Part shown: piece after piece, positions 17,726 through 25,915 of the stretch | Layout of the letters: each line of letters begins with the position of its first letter | How positions within the stretch are numbered: position 1 is the stretch's first letter | Assembly: GCF_000018785.1 (NCBI RefSeq) | Contig: NC_010163.1 | Location: 1,440,001-1,472,000 of the forward strand | Reading direction: 5' to 3' | DNA length: 32,000 nucleotides | From: Acholeplasma laidlawii PG-8A | GTDB taxonomy: Bacteria; Bacillota_I; Bacilli_A; Acholeplasmatales; Acholeplasmataceae | The notes under the pieces: model-generated | Told to the model about the DNA's origin: nothing | The model's input: only the letters and a program-made list of their open reading frames with translations | The model's database searches: none | Made by a program: the position numbers and the translations under genes

Positions 17726-18535
17726 TTAAGGTTGCATCGCACCAAATAAAACTAACCAAGCAAGAATTGATTTAGCAACAAGTGATAAGACGATATAAAC
17801 TCTTTCACCATATAGATAATCTTTCCATTTACCCACCTTAAGGTATTGTAAAATCATATTAAACGGGAATGTATTAAATGCAACAAAGTAAGTACCTACA
17901 ATTGCCCAAACAAACCAAGGTACTTGATCAAGTGCTGGATTACCTGTCATGTAAACAATAATCACTATCCATGGTGCAATCCCTGCAATAGAACCCCAAA
18001 TAAATGGACCCCAGTTCACCTTAGATTTAGCTTCGTTAAGTTGTTCCATAACAAGCCCAAAGAGATTCATGGCGGCATTTACAATAAAGATTAAGATTAA
18101 AGACCCAATATCTGTAATACCAAATAATGTAGATATTAAAACAATCATAATAGAACTACTTAATGCATATTCAAACCATCTAAATCTATTGATACCTTTT
18201 TCTAAATCTTTAGCATAGATATCAAATAGGTTATTGGGTACAGAGATTAATGCATGTGCAAGTGCTGAAATGATTAAAAAACTTGCAACTAATATACCAA
18301 ATGGTAAGATAAACAAGTCTTTACTTGCAACAACAAGACCATTAATCGGTCCATCATAGGTGATATAAAGTTGTACAATTTGAGGTTGAAATTCTGCAAT
18401 TTTTTCTATGACAAAAATTGCTAGAAAAACCATTGCTATCCCTTGGATTAAATGAAGGAATCCCATAATAAAGTTGAATCGTCTAAGACGTTCTAACTTA
18501 TTTTGACCTTTTAAAAACTGAAAATAATTACCCAT
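17726..18535 (-). CDS. Heliorhodopsin-family retinal-binding membrane protein
   Basis: 7-TM protein of 269 aa. Blocks FNFIMGFLHLIQ, SALAHALIS, NRFRWFEYALSSSIMIVLIS, IFIVNAAMNLFG, IAGIAPWIVIIVY and GERVYIVLSLVAKSILAW closely parallel heliorhodopsin 48C12 as I recall it. Lys255 sits at the Schiff-base position and Glu122 at the counterion position. RBS is AAGGGG. Confidence 0.9.
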   Translation of the reverse strand: MGNYFQFLKGQNKLERLRRFNFIMGFLHLIQGIAMVFLAIFVIEKIAEFQPQIVQLYITYDGPINGLVVASKDLFILPFGILVASFLIISALAHALISVPNNLFDIYAKDLEKGINRFRWFEYALSSSIMIVLISTLFGITDIGSLILIFIVNAAMNLFGLVMEQLNEAKSKVNWGPFIWGSIAGIAPWIVIIVYMTGNPALDQVPWFVWAIVGTYFVAFNTFPFNMILQYLKVGKWKDYLYGERVYIVLSLVAKSILAWLVLFGAMQP

Positions 18536-18594
18536 GTTTTTACCCCTTTTCTTTTATTATATATCTAATAATATATTTTATACTCAACATCAAT

Positions 18595-18637
18595 AATAAA
18601 AAGAAAAAGATAGATATTATACATAACTATCTATCTT
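18595..18637 (-). terminator. Intrinsic terminator between the cyclase-like gene and the heliorhodopsin gene
   Basis: 10-bp stem AAGATAGATA / TATCTATCTT (18628-18637 and 18607-18616) overlaps the TAG stop. On the minus strand it is followed by TTTCTTTTTATT. The stem is entirely AT-rich, so termination may be partial. Confidence 0.55.
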
Positions 18638-19601
18638 TGATATTTGGGCGCTTCATGATTTCGATACCAGCACTACCAGATGTGCCTTCAAATATGACAA
18701 TCCCTTTTTTCATTAACTTTAACTTAACAAAACCTGATAAGCCTTCTTTAATCGTATGGTCCATCTTACCAAACTTAGGGGATGCTAGTGTAACAAAATC
18801 ATCAATTTTGGCTTCAACTTCTAATGTGTATTTTCTCTTTCTAAAGCTATATCTTACTTCTTTTTGTCCGATATCTTCAACTTTGATTTTAGATCCGTTG
18901 TAGGTTGCAAAACGGTAATGTTTTAAATTGTGATAAAAGTTTACGATAAATCCGTTAAATGTAATACCTAAATAAGGTATTGCAGCAACCGATAAGAAAA
19001 GTGAGGTGTCTGCCTTTTCAAAGTGGTTTGTTTGAACCCAAACATAACCTTTTGGAAATGACTTTCCATAGTCTTTCTCAATATATCCTCTACCCTCATT
19101 AAAGTCTATTGCTATGTCATTGTAATATATGGTACCAGATATGGTGTGATTCATTGATAAAATACCGTGGTAACACTCCATGAGTGGTAGGTAGGAAAAA
19201 GGTCCCATGATTGTAGGTTGTAGTAGCGATTGAGGAAGTTTTACTGGATTTGAGATTTGGTAATTTCCACGAATCACTGTATCTTCATCTTCTAGATTTA
19301 ATGTAATACCTTCTAAAGAAAATTTATTATCTTTAATGGATACTTCGAATTTATGCTTGTCTGCTTTAAAATCATTTATATCAAATCTAAAGTAATAATT
19401 ATGAACGGATTTTTCTAGTGTGTTATTCGTATATACAAATACTTGAATAAAGGCGTGTCTATCATCTATGGCAAGTGAAACGCCTGGAATGACTGCAATA
19501 CTAATATTTTGATTTGATGTGACAGATTTAAAATACCATCCTTCAAAGTAATTCTTTTTTTGTAGTCCTTGATACTTATCATCTTTAAATACATTTCTCA
19601 T
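18627..19601 (-). CDS. Tocopherol-cyclase (VTE1/SXD1) family protein, function unknown in this context
   Basis: KKNYFEGWYFKSVT parallels plant VTE1 RKFFEGWYFRVSI. GRGYIEKDYGKSFPKGYVWVQTNHFE parallels [24 protein letters not shown]. No signal peptide or TM helix. The protein is 324 aa. Confidence 0.8.
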   Translation of the reverse strand: MRNVFKDDKYQGLQKKNYFEGWYFKSVTSNQNISIAVIPGVSLAIDDRHAFIQVFVYTNNTLEKSVHNYYFRFDINDFKADKHKFEVSIKDNKFSLEGITLNLEDEDTVIRGNYQISNPVKLPQSLLQPTIMGPFSYLPLMECYHGILSMNHTISGTIYYNDIAIDFNEGRGYIEKDYGKSFPKGYVWVQTNHFEKADTSLFLSVAAIPYLGITFNGFIVNFYHNLKHYRFATYNGSKIKVEDIGQKEVRYSFRKRKYTLEVEAKIDDFVTLASPKFGKMDHTIKEGLSGFVKLKLMKKGIVIFEGTSGSAGIEIMKRPNIKDR

Positions 19602-19631
19602 GTAATTTACCCTTTGTGTATAGTTTAATTT

Positions 19632-19658
19632 ATTGTAGCATTTTTCTTATGTATTCAA
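19632..19658 (-). promoter_or_regulatory. Candidate extended -10 promoter for the cyclase-like gene
   Basis: Minus strand reads TTGAAT (19658-19653), a 15-nt spacer, then TGCTACAAT (19640-19632). The short spacer is compensated by the TGn extension. Confidence 0.4.
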
Positions 19659-19685
19659 ATAAAAATGCGCCTATTTAAGGCGCAT
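19655..19685 (-). terminator. Intrinsic terminator, second of two downstream of rpoE
   Basis: GC-rich stem ATGCGCC / GGCGCAT with a 7-nt loop. On the minus strand it is followed by TTTTTATTTG. Confidence 0.65.
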
Positions 19686-19699
19686 AATTTAAGAATTTA

Positions 19700-19729
19700 T
19701 TAAATAAACAAAAAAGAGGTTTCCCTCTT
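19700..19729 (-). terminator. Intrinsic terminator immediately after, and overlapping, the rpoE stop
   Basis: Stem AAGAGG-GAAA-CCTCTT, followed on the minus strand by TTTTGTTTATTT. Confidence 0.55.
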
Positions 19730-20300
19730 AGTTGTCATACATATCTTCATAGTCATCCATGATGTCGTTGTAGTCATCTTCATCATAGTCATCATCCAAG
19801 TCTAGATCAACATCATCTAAGCCTTCATCTTCATCCGTTGAAACTAAGTCTAGTCCAACGTCTACGTATGCTTTTTCTTCAATGATTTCTTCATCTAGAT
19901 CTTCTTCATCTTCGTCATCTAAGTCATCTTCGTTGTCTTCATCAACTAAGTCAACTTCTAAGTCTTCAATATCTGCTAAGTTAAAATCTGAAAAGTCAAT
20001 TTCATCATCAGAAATGTCTTCAATTTCTTCTGGAGAAATGAATGCGTAACCATCTTTATCCCAATATTCTAAATGTCCATCTTTTAGCGTCCATTTATCA
20101 TCCCCTACAAAAACAAATTTACCGGATAAAGTGATATCCATGTATAGTTGTGTCATTGCATCTACGTCTTCAATATCCATACCACTTTGTTTAGCAGTAG
20201 CTTCAATTAGATCGTAAATAGACATAGGTTCTTTGTTTTCTTTAAGAATATATGTGATGGTATCTAATAAAGATAATTCATTTAATTTTTTGTCAGCCAT
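19728..20300 (-). CDS. rpoE: DNA-directed RNA polymerase delta subunit
   Basis: The HARE-HTH-like N-domain reads MADKKLNELSLLDTITYILKENKEPMSIYDLIEA...KWTLKD. A long poly-D/E C-terminal tail follows. The start is set at the ATG at 20300, which has an AGGAGGG RBS. The 14-aa extension in the ORF track covers the promoter -10. Confidence 0.92.
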   Translation of the reverse strand: MADKKLNELSLLDTITYILKENKEPMSIYDLIEATAKQSGMDIEDVDAMTQLYMDITLSGKFVFVGDDKWTLKDGHLEYWDKDGYAFISPEEIEDISDDEIDFSDFNLADIEDLEVDLVDEDNEDDLDDEDEEDLDEEIIEEKAYVDVGLDLVSTDEDEGLDDVDLDLDDDYDEDDYNDIMDDYEDMYDN

Positions 20301-20326
20301 TTTGTGCCCTCCTAAAAACCGCTTAT

Positions 20327-20355
20327 ATTGTATATTAAACACTTCAATAATGCAA
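20327..20355 (-). promoter_or_regulatory. Sigma-70 promoter of rpoE
   Basis: Minus strand reads TTGCAT (20355-20350), an exact 17-nt spacer, then TACAAT (20332-20327). Confidence 0.6.
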
Positions 20356-20380
20356 CAACTTTTTGCAATTAAGATAAATT

Positions 20381-20968
20381 TTAATACTTTTGTCGGTTTT
20401 CTACAGCTTTAGTTAGTGTTAGTTGGTCTGCGTATTTTAAATCTGCGCCTACCGGTAAGCCATATCCTAATCTAGATATTGTAAGATCTAGGTCTTTATA
20501 TAGTGATTTAATGTATTGAGCGGTGAGTTCACCCTCAACATTGGAGTTCGTCGCAATGATGATTTCTTTGATATCTTTAACTCTATTGGTTAACTTATCA
20601 AAGTTTAAATCTTTGGGTTCTATACCTTTAGAAAAATCGATGAGTCCATTTAATACATGGTAGTTACCATGGAATGTTTTAGTTTTTTCAATAGCAAAAA
20701 CATCTTTAGAATCAGATACCACCATAATTTGGGTTTTATCTTTTGTTTCATCTTTACAGATAGAACATATATGGTCATCTGTTAGAAGACCGCATATATC
20801 ACAAAATGATATGTTGGTTTTTAATTCTATAAGATGTGTTCCAAAATGCTTTAAGTCTTCACTATCCCAATTGGTTAAGTGTAGCGCTAAGCGTTCTGCA
20901 GTTTTTTCGCCAATGCCTGGTAACTTTTTCAAGTCATCAATAAGTTCTAGTATAATTGTTGGATACAT
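20381..20968 (-). CDS. recR: Recombination protein RecR
   Basis: HhH motif (LPGIGEKTAERLA), zinc finger CDICGLLTDDHICSIC and a Toprim domain. A TAATG 1-nt overlap joins it to ybaB. Confidence 0.96.
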   Translation of the reverse strand: MYPTIILELIDDLKKLPGIGEKTAERLALHLTNWDSEDLKHFGTHLIELKTNISFCDICGLLTDDHICSICKDETKDKTQIMVVSDSKDVFAIEKTKTFHGNYHVLNGLIDFSKGIEPKDLNFDKLTNRVKDIKEIIIATNSNVEGELTAQYIKSLYKDLDLTISRLGYGLPVGADLKYADQLTLTKAVENRQKY

Positions 20969-21258
20969 TAAAATCCTAATCCACCCATGCCACCTGAGAA
21001 TTGTCCCATGGTTTCTTCTTGAGTTTTATCAATTTGTCCAAGTGCATCATTTACAGCAAGTAAAATAGCATCTTGTAGTAATTCTACTTCTTCAAGTAAA
21101 GCTTCATCAATTTTTACATCGATAACTTGTCTAGTGCCTTGCATAATGACAGTGACACCACTTGCTTTACCTGTAAATTCAGATGATTCAATTTGCTCTT
21201 GAGCATCTTGAATTTGTTTTTGCATTTTCTTTAATTTATTTAACATATTCGGATTCAT
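20968..21258 (-). CDS. ybaB: YbaB/EbfC-family nucleoid-associated protein
   Basis: 96 aa. LKKMQKQIQDAQEQIESSEFTGKASGVTVIMQGTRQVIDVKID is typical of the family. It sits in the conserved dnaX-ybaB-recR order. Confidence 0.93.
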   Translation of the reverse strand: MNPNMLNKLKKMQKQIQDAQEQIESSEFTGKASGVTVIMQGTRQVIDVKIDEALLEEVELLQDAILLAVNDALGQIDKTQEETMGQFSGGMGGLGF

Positions 21259-21260
21259 AT

Positions 21261-22955
21261 TTATTCCTCTACTTTCACTTTTTCTTTTCCAAAATATTCT
21301 ACAGCAAATTCCACTATTTCAGGTACTTTTTGTTCTGATTTGGTTTCATTTATTAGCGTTTCATATAAATGGAGATCTATTTCTTTAAGTTTAGGTTTTG
21401 AAGTACCTGCATTGTATTGTGCTGCATAATCAGCTTTTAAAATCATCCAGTCTGGTTTAAACAGTACTGTATAATCTCTAACTAATTTTTGTTTTTGATT
21501 TAATATTTCTAAAACCTTTTGTTTAATCTCTGGATTCAACATGGTTTTAGCAGTATATAAATCATCATATACTAGAAGCATGACATCCTCATTACCTACA
21601 GCTTCTAATGTGCCTTCACTTAAGAGTTCAGCAACAGGTTTTAGGCTTGGATTATCATAATCTTTTAATACTGGCCAACCTCTATTTAATAAACTACGTT
21701 TTTGCCTATCTGCGTGGTTTAATATATCTTCTATTTCCTTAACAGTAACTAAAGCTTTAAGATTGGTTGGTCTAGAGGCGGGTATGTTTTGTACTGGTGT
21801 TTTGACTGCTTCTTGGCTAACTTGAGCCTTATTTACAAGTTCCTTTAATTTTACGATATCACTTTCTAGATGTGTAATTTTATCTTCTAGTGAAACCATT
21901 TCAATGGATTCATGGTTAATCATCTTAATTAAAGCAAGTTCTAAGTATGCACGTTTTGAGGTTGTGAACTTTAGTTCTTGTTGTAAGTCATTTAGAATAT
22001 CTAAGTATGCATAGATTAAGTTTGGTTTGATATCTTTAAGATCTGGATATTTCTTATCTGGTCTTATTTTATCTAATAACACATCACGTAAAGCTAAGAT
22101 AATATCTGAGACCATACGTGCAATGTCTTTACCATCTTTAATAATTTGGTTTAATAGATCTAATGCCTTTTGGGGTTGTTTAAGATATATCACTTTTAAC
22201 AGTTCATTAATATATCTTCTAGATAAACCACCTGATACGGTATAGATATCTTCTTCAGTGATTTCATCATTTGTAAATGAGACCACTTGGTCAAGTAAGC
22301 TTAATGCATCACGCATACCACCTTCTGCAGTACGTGCGATTGCAGTTAAAGCTTCCGGTGTGATTTTTAAATTTTCTTTGTTGATAATTTGTTTTAAATT
22401 TTCCTCAATTTGATCCATTTCAATATTCTTGAAATCAAATCGTTGACAGCGACTTAAAATCGTTGCTGGTACTTTATGAGGTTCTGTTGTTGCTAAAATA
22501 AAGACAACATACTTCGGTGGTTCTTCGAGTGTTTTTAAGAGTGCATTAAATGCTGCTGTTGTAAGCATATGGACCTCATCGATAATATAGACTTTATATT
22601 TACCGATACTTGGTGCATATTTTACTTTATCTCTTAAATCTCTAATCTCATCTACACCATTATTGGATGCAGCATCAATTTCTATAATATCTGGTACATC
22701 ACCGCGATCAACACCTAAACACACATCACATTTGCCACAAGGCTCTTTTGCTGGTGCTTCTAAACAGTTTAGTGCTTTAGCAACGATTTTAGCAACCGAA
22801 GTTTTTCCGGTGCCACGAGGACCAGAGAAAATATAAGCATGTCCAATCTTTTCATTTAAGAGTGCATTTTGAAGGGTTTGAACAATAACTTTTTGTCCAA
22901 AAACATCTTTAAAAAACTTTGGTCTATAGGTACGATAAAGTGCTACATAACTCAT
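21261..22955 (-). CDS. dnaX: DNA polymerase III subunit gamma/tau
   Basis: Walker A GPRGTGKTS, zinc module CLEAPAKEPCGKCDVC, the SRC motif (ILSRCQRF) and a tau-type C-terminal extension. Confidence 0.96.
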   Translation of the reverse strand: MSYVALYRTYRPKFFKDVFGQKVIVQTLQNALLNEKIGHAYIFSGPRGTGKTSVAKIVAKALNCLEAPAKEPCGKCDVCLGVDRGDVPDIIEIDAASNNGVDEIRDLRDKVKYAPSIGKYKVYIIDEVHMLTTAAFNALLKTLEEPPKYVVFILATTEPHKVPATILSRCQRFDFKNIEMDQIEENLKQIINKENLKITPEALTAIARTAEGGMRDALSLLDQVVSFTNDEITEEDIYTVSGGLSRRYINELLKVIYLKQPQKALDLLNQIIKDGKDIARMVSDIILALRDVLLDKIRPDKKYPDLKDIKPNLIYAYLDILNDLQQELKFTTSKRAYLELALIKMINHESIEMVSLEDKITHLESDIVKLKELVNKAQVSQEAVKTPVQNIPASRPTNLKALVTVKEIEDILNHADRQKRSLLNRGWPVLKDYDNPSLKPVAELLSEGTLEAVGNEDVMLLVYDDLYTAKTMLNPEIKQKVLEILNQKQKLVRDYTVLFKPDWMILKADYAAQYNAGTSKPKLKEIDLHLYETLINETKSEQKVPEIVEFAVEYFGKEKVKVEE

Positions 22956-22997
22956 TTTTTAAACACCCCTTCTAATGATACTTCTTTTAGTCGCCTA

Positions 22998-23026
22998 ATT
23001 ATATCATATATAAGTTTGAAACTTAA
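22998..23026 (-). promoter_or_regulatory. Candidate extended -10 promoter of dnaX
   Basis: Minus strand reads TTAAGT (23026-23021), a 17-nt spacer ending in TGA, then TATAAT (23003-22998), which gives TGATATAAT. Confidence 0.45.
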
Positions 23027-24373
23027 CTATTTTCCAAGACAGAATTTAGAAAATAATTCCGTCAATAAATCACCATATTGATGATTCCCTAGTATTTCAC
23101 CTAAGCGGTTCCAAGCAGTTGTAAGATCCACTGCATAGATATCCACAGGCATATCATGGTGGATAGCGTTTATAACGCTTTCTAGTGATGTTTTAGCCTC
23201 TTTTAGCTTTTGTATATGGCGGACATTAGATAAGTAATTAAAGTCCTTATCTACAAGGTTATCAAGTTTTAAAGTTTTAAGAATTTCTGACTCTAAAACA
23301 CTTAATCCTTCTTTTTCTAATGTAGATATTTGAACATTTGTATCTATTTCTAAATATGACGGTAAATCTTTTTTATTTCCAATAATAATTCTATTTTTAT
23401 GTTCAGTTAATGTTAGAAGCATCTCATCTTCTTTAGTTAGTTTTTGACTTAAGTCTAAAACCAATAAAACAAGTTCTGCTTCATGAATTGCTTTTCTACT
23501 TCGATCTACACCAATCTTTTCGATGGTATCTAGTGCATCTCTAATACCTGCAGTATCAATTAACTGTAAGGTGACACCATCAAGGTTTACAAATGCATCA
23601 ATCGTATCTCTTGTAGTACCAGCAATATCTGAGACAATGGCGCGCTCTTCATTAAGAAGTGCGTTTAATAAACTTGATTTACCTACATTAGGGCGTCCAA
23701 CGATAACCGTTTTAACACCTTCTCTAATGTACTGAGTACGTTTAGATTTGGTTAGAATATCATTAATCTCATCTAACAAATCGTTGACTCTTGGATAAAT
23801 AAGTTCTTTACTCATGATGATAGCATCATCATATTCTGGATAATCAATGTTCACTTCAATTTGTGCAATTAAAGTTAATACTTTGGATTTTAAATTATCA
23901 ATCATGGATGAAGTTGCTTTATTTAAAGCTTTATTGGCAACCTTAATCGCATTTTCGTTTGTAGCATGAATAATGTCCATAATCGCTTCTGCTTGAACAA
24001 GGTCAATTCGACCATTTAAAAATGCTCTTTTTGAAAACTCACCCGGTTGTGCAAGTTCAATACCTGTTTCTAAAATACGCTCCAATACTTTTTGAGTGAT
24101 TAATATACCACCGTGTGTAGATATTTCTACAACATCTTCTTTTGTAAAAGACTTAGGTGCGATAAAAACAGAGATCATAACTTCATCTAATATAGACCCA
24201 TCTTCATTTAAGATGTGTCCATAATGAATGGTATGACTCTTAACCTTGTTTAAGTTCTTACCCTTAAATATTTGATTTACTTTTGAAATTGCTTCATCAC
24301 CAGATACCCTAATTACAGAAATACCTGCAGTCCCTAATGGGGTTGCGATTGCAGCAATGGTTTGAAATTGCAT
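23027..24373 (-). CDS. mnmE: tRNA modification GTPase MnmE (TrmE)
   Basis: G1 motif GRPNVGKSSLLNAL, G domain DTAGIR and the C-terminal CLGK tetrapeptide. The protein is 448 aa. Confidence 0.96.
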   Translation of the reverse strand: MQFQTIAAIATPLGTAGISVIRVSGDEAISKVNQIFKGKNLNKVKSHTIHYGHILNEDGSILDEVMISVFIAPKSFTKEDVVEISTHGGILITQKVLERILETGIELAQPGEFSKRAFLNGRIDLVQAEAIMDIIHATNENAIKVANKALNKATSSMIDNLKSKVLTLIAQIEVNIDYPEYDDAIIMSKELIYPRVNDLLDEINDILTKSKRTQYIREGVKTVIVGRPNVGKSSLLNALLNEERAIVSDIAGTTRDTIDAFVNLDGVTLQLIDTAGIRDALDTIEKIGVDRSRKAIHEAELVLLVLDLSQKLTKEDEMLLTLTEHKNRIIIGNKKDLPSYLEIDTNVQISTLEKEGLSVLESEILKTLKLDNLVDKDFNYLSNVRHIQKLKEAKTSLESVINAIHHDMPVDIYAVDLTTAWNRLGEILGNHQYGDLLTELFSKFCLGK

Positions 24374-24389
24374 ACTTCACCTTTTAAAT

Positions 24390-24947
24390 TTATTTCTTTG
24401 TTCTATCGTCTATAATTTTGGGCGCGCTTTTCATATCTTCAATGACTGGTACAAACGGGTTTACACCACGTCTAAAGTCTCTTAGAATAATAAAACCAGC
24501 TACAAACACACCAAATGCGATACCTTCATATAAAAAGCCCATACCTAAAACGATACCAAGTAATGCACTAAACCAAATGGTTGATGCAGTTGTAATACCA
24601 TGGATAATATTATTAGAGTCCTTCATAATAACACCAGCTCCAATAAAACCAATCCCTGTAACAACTTGTGCAATCACTCTTTGTGATTGCGGTGATTCAA
24701 TACCATTGGTAATTTCTTGGAAGAATATCATACGTTGCATAATCGCAATCATGAGTGCTGATATACCTACCAATACGTGACTTGAAATACCTGCTGCTTT
24801 TCCTACGTTTTGTCTTTCTAGACCAATTAAAAATGTAATTGTTATAACTACTAATGCTGGGATAATGATCATAAATAACCATTGTTCCCACGTCAGAAAC
24901 GATTCAATCAAATTGAATCCTTCCGGTAACTCGAAAAATACATTCAT
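24390..24947 (-). CDS. MgtC/SapB-family membrane protein
   Basis: IGLERQNVGKAAGISSHVLVGISALM plus further TM helices match the MgtC N-terminal domain. The protein is 185 aa. Confidence 0.85.
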   Translation of the reverse strand: MNVFFELPEGFNLIESFLTWEQWLFMIIIPALVVITITFLIGLERQNVGKAAGISSHVLVGISALMIAIMQRMIFFQEITNGIESPQSQRVIAQVVTGIGFIGAGVIMKDSNNIIHGITTASTIWFSALLGIVLGMGFLYEGIAFGVFVAGFIILRDFRRGVNPFVPVIEDMKSAPKIIDDRTKK

Positions 24948-24973
24948 TTGTTAAAATCCCCCCTTTAGAAATT

Positions 24974-25915
24974 TTATAATATTGCGTGTACTGCCTTGAT
25001 GAAATCATCAAGTTCGTCCCAACTATTTAATGCTGCACCACTTGCTTTTGCATGTCCGCCACCATTAAATAAGTTAGCAACTTTATCAATGTCTGGTCCA
25101 CTTGAACGTAATCTTACACGTACTAAGTCACCATCTTCTATGAATATAGCCCAAACATCAAATCCTTTAATACCTGATAGCATGTTCACTACTGAACTTG
25201 CTTCTTCATATGTAAGGTTAAATTCTTGTCTAATTTTATCTGTAATCTTTAAATAAATAAATCCCTTGTCTGTCGTTACAAAGTTTTGGTAAACAAAACC
25301 TTTGAAACGTAGCATATCTAATGTTTCATTAGACATTGCACGGTCAATTTCTTCAACATCTGCACCTTTAGTTAATAACATACCAGCCATTTGGTGCGTT
25401 AATTCGGATACACCACGATATTTAAATCTACCTGTATCTGTTAAGATACCTGTATACATTGCAACCGCACCTGGTTTTGTTACTTCAAATTCTTTAACTT
25501 GTGTAGACATATATGCAATCATTTGAGCACAGGATGGGAAGTTTGTATCTACCCATTCTACATCACCATAACTATCTACTGGGATGTGGTGATCAATTTT
25601 AATAATTTCTTGACCTAACATATATTTTTGATTAGAAATTCTTAATTTGTTTGCTGTATCTACTACAATTGATAAACTATCTTGATAGAAACTATCTTCT
25701 AAATTAGATTCACCTACGATAATATCTGGTGTACCTACGAAACTTACAAAATCAGAAGTTTCACCTGTTACAAATACATCCTTTTCAGGGAATGCATTTT
25801 TAATGATGTTTTGTAACCCGAATTGCGCACCATAACAGTCACCATCTGGTCTCACATGTCCATAAATTATAATTCTTTGGTATTTTTTAATTTTCTTTAA
25901 TATTTCTTTAAACAT
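24974..25915 (-). CDS. DHH/DHHA1 phosphoesterase (NrnA-type nanoRNase/pAp phosphatase or stand-alone c-di-AMP/pApA phosphodiesterase)
   Basis: Motifs HVRPDGDCYG, VVDTA, KIDHH and GGGHAKASGA. The protein is 313 aa. An 8-nt overlap (ATGTTTAA) joins it to the upstream paralog. Confidence 0.88.
   Translation of the reverse strand: MFKEILKKIKKYQRIIIYGHVRPDGDCYGAQFGLQNIIKNAFPEKDVFVTGETSDFVSFVGTPDIIVGESNLEDSFYQDSLSIVVDTANKLRISNQKYMLGQEIIKIDHHIPVDSYGDVEWVDTNFPSCAQMIAYMSTQVKEFEVTKPGAVAMYTGILTDTGRFKYRGVSELTHQMAGMLLTKGADVEEIDRAMSNETLDMLRFKGFVYQNFVTTDKGFIYLKITDKIRQEFNLTYEEASSVVNMLSGIKGFDVWAIFIEDGDLVRVRLRSSGPDIDKVANLFNGGGHAKASGAALNSWDELDDFIKAVHAIL

Noticed and set aside
19728-19960. Repetitive GAT/GAA-rich tract that could be mistaken for a tandem DNA repeat or a low-complexity pseudogene.
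   Set aside because: It encodes the poly-Asp/Glu C-terminal tail that is a normal feature of the RNA polymerase delta subunit. The frame is intact through to the stop codon.
20301-20342. 14-aa N-terminal extension of rpoE in the ORF track (MFNIQYKRFLGGHK).
   Set aside because: It overlaps the TACAAT -10 element of the TTGCAT-N17-TACAAT promoter. The ATG at 20300 has a strong AGGAGGG RBS and gives the usual delta-subunit N-terminus.
21261-22955. Programmed ribosomal frameshift in dnaX producing a separate gamma subunit.
   Set aside because: I did not see an A AAA AAG-type slippery heptamer followed by a stable hairpin at an appropriate internal position. This mechanism is specific to enterobacteria and some others, so the sequence gives no support.
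22956-23026. SRP RNA (scRNA/ffs) upstream of dnaX, as I recall from Bacillus synteny.
   Set aside because: Only 71 nt separate mnmE and dnaX, and a promoter and RBS occupy that space. No SRP domain IV-like helix is present.
24948-24973. Mg2+-sensing M-box riboswitch upstream of the MgtC-family gene.
   Set aside because: The spacer is 26 nt and contains only an RBS. The gene is co-transcribed with the upstream DHH genes.
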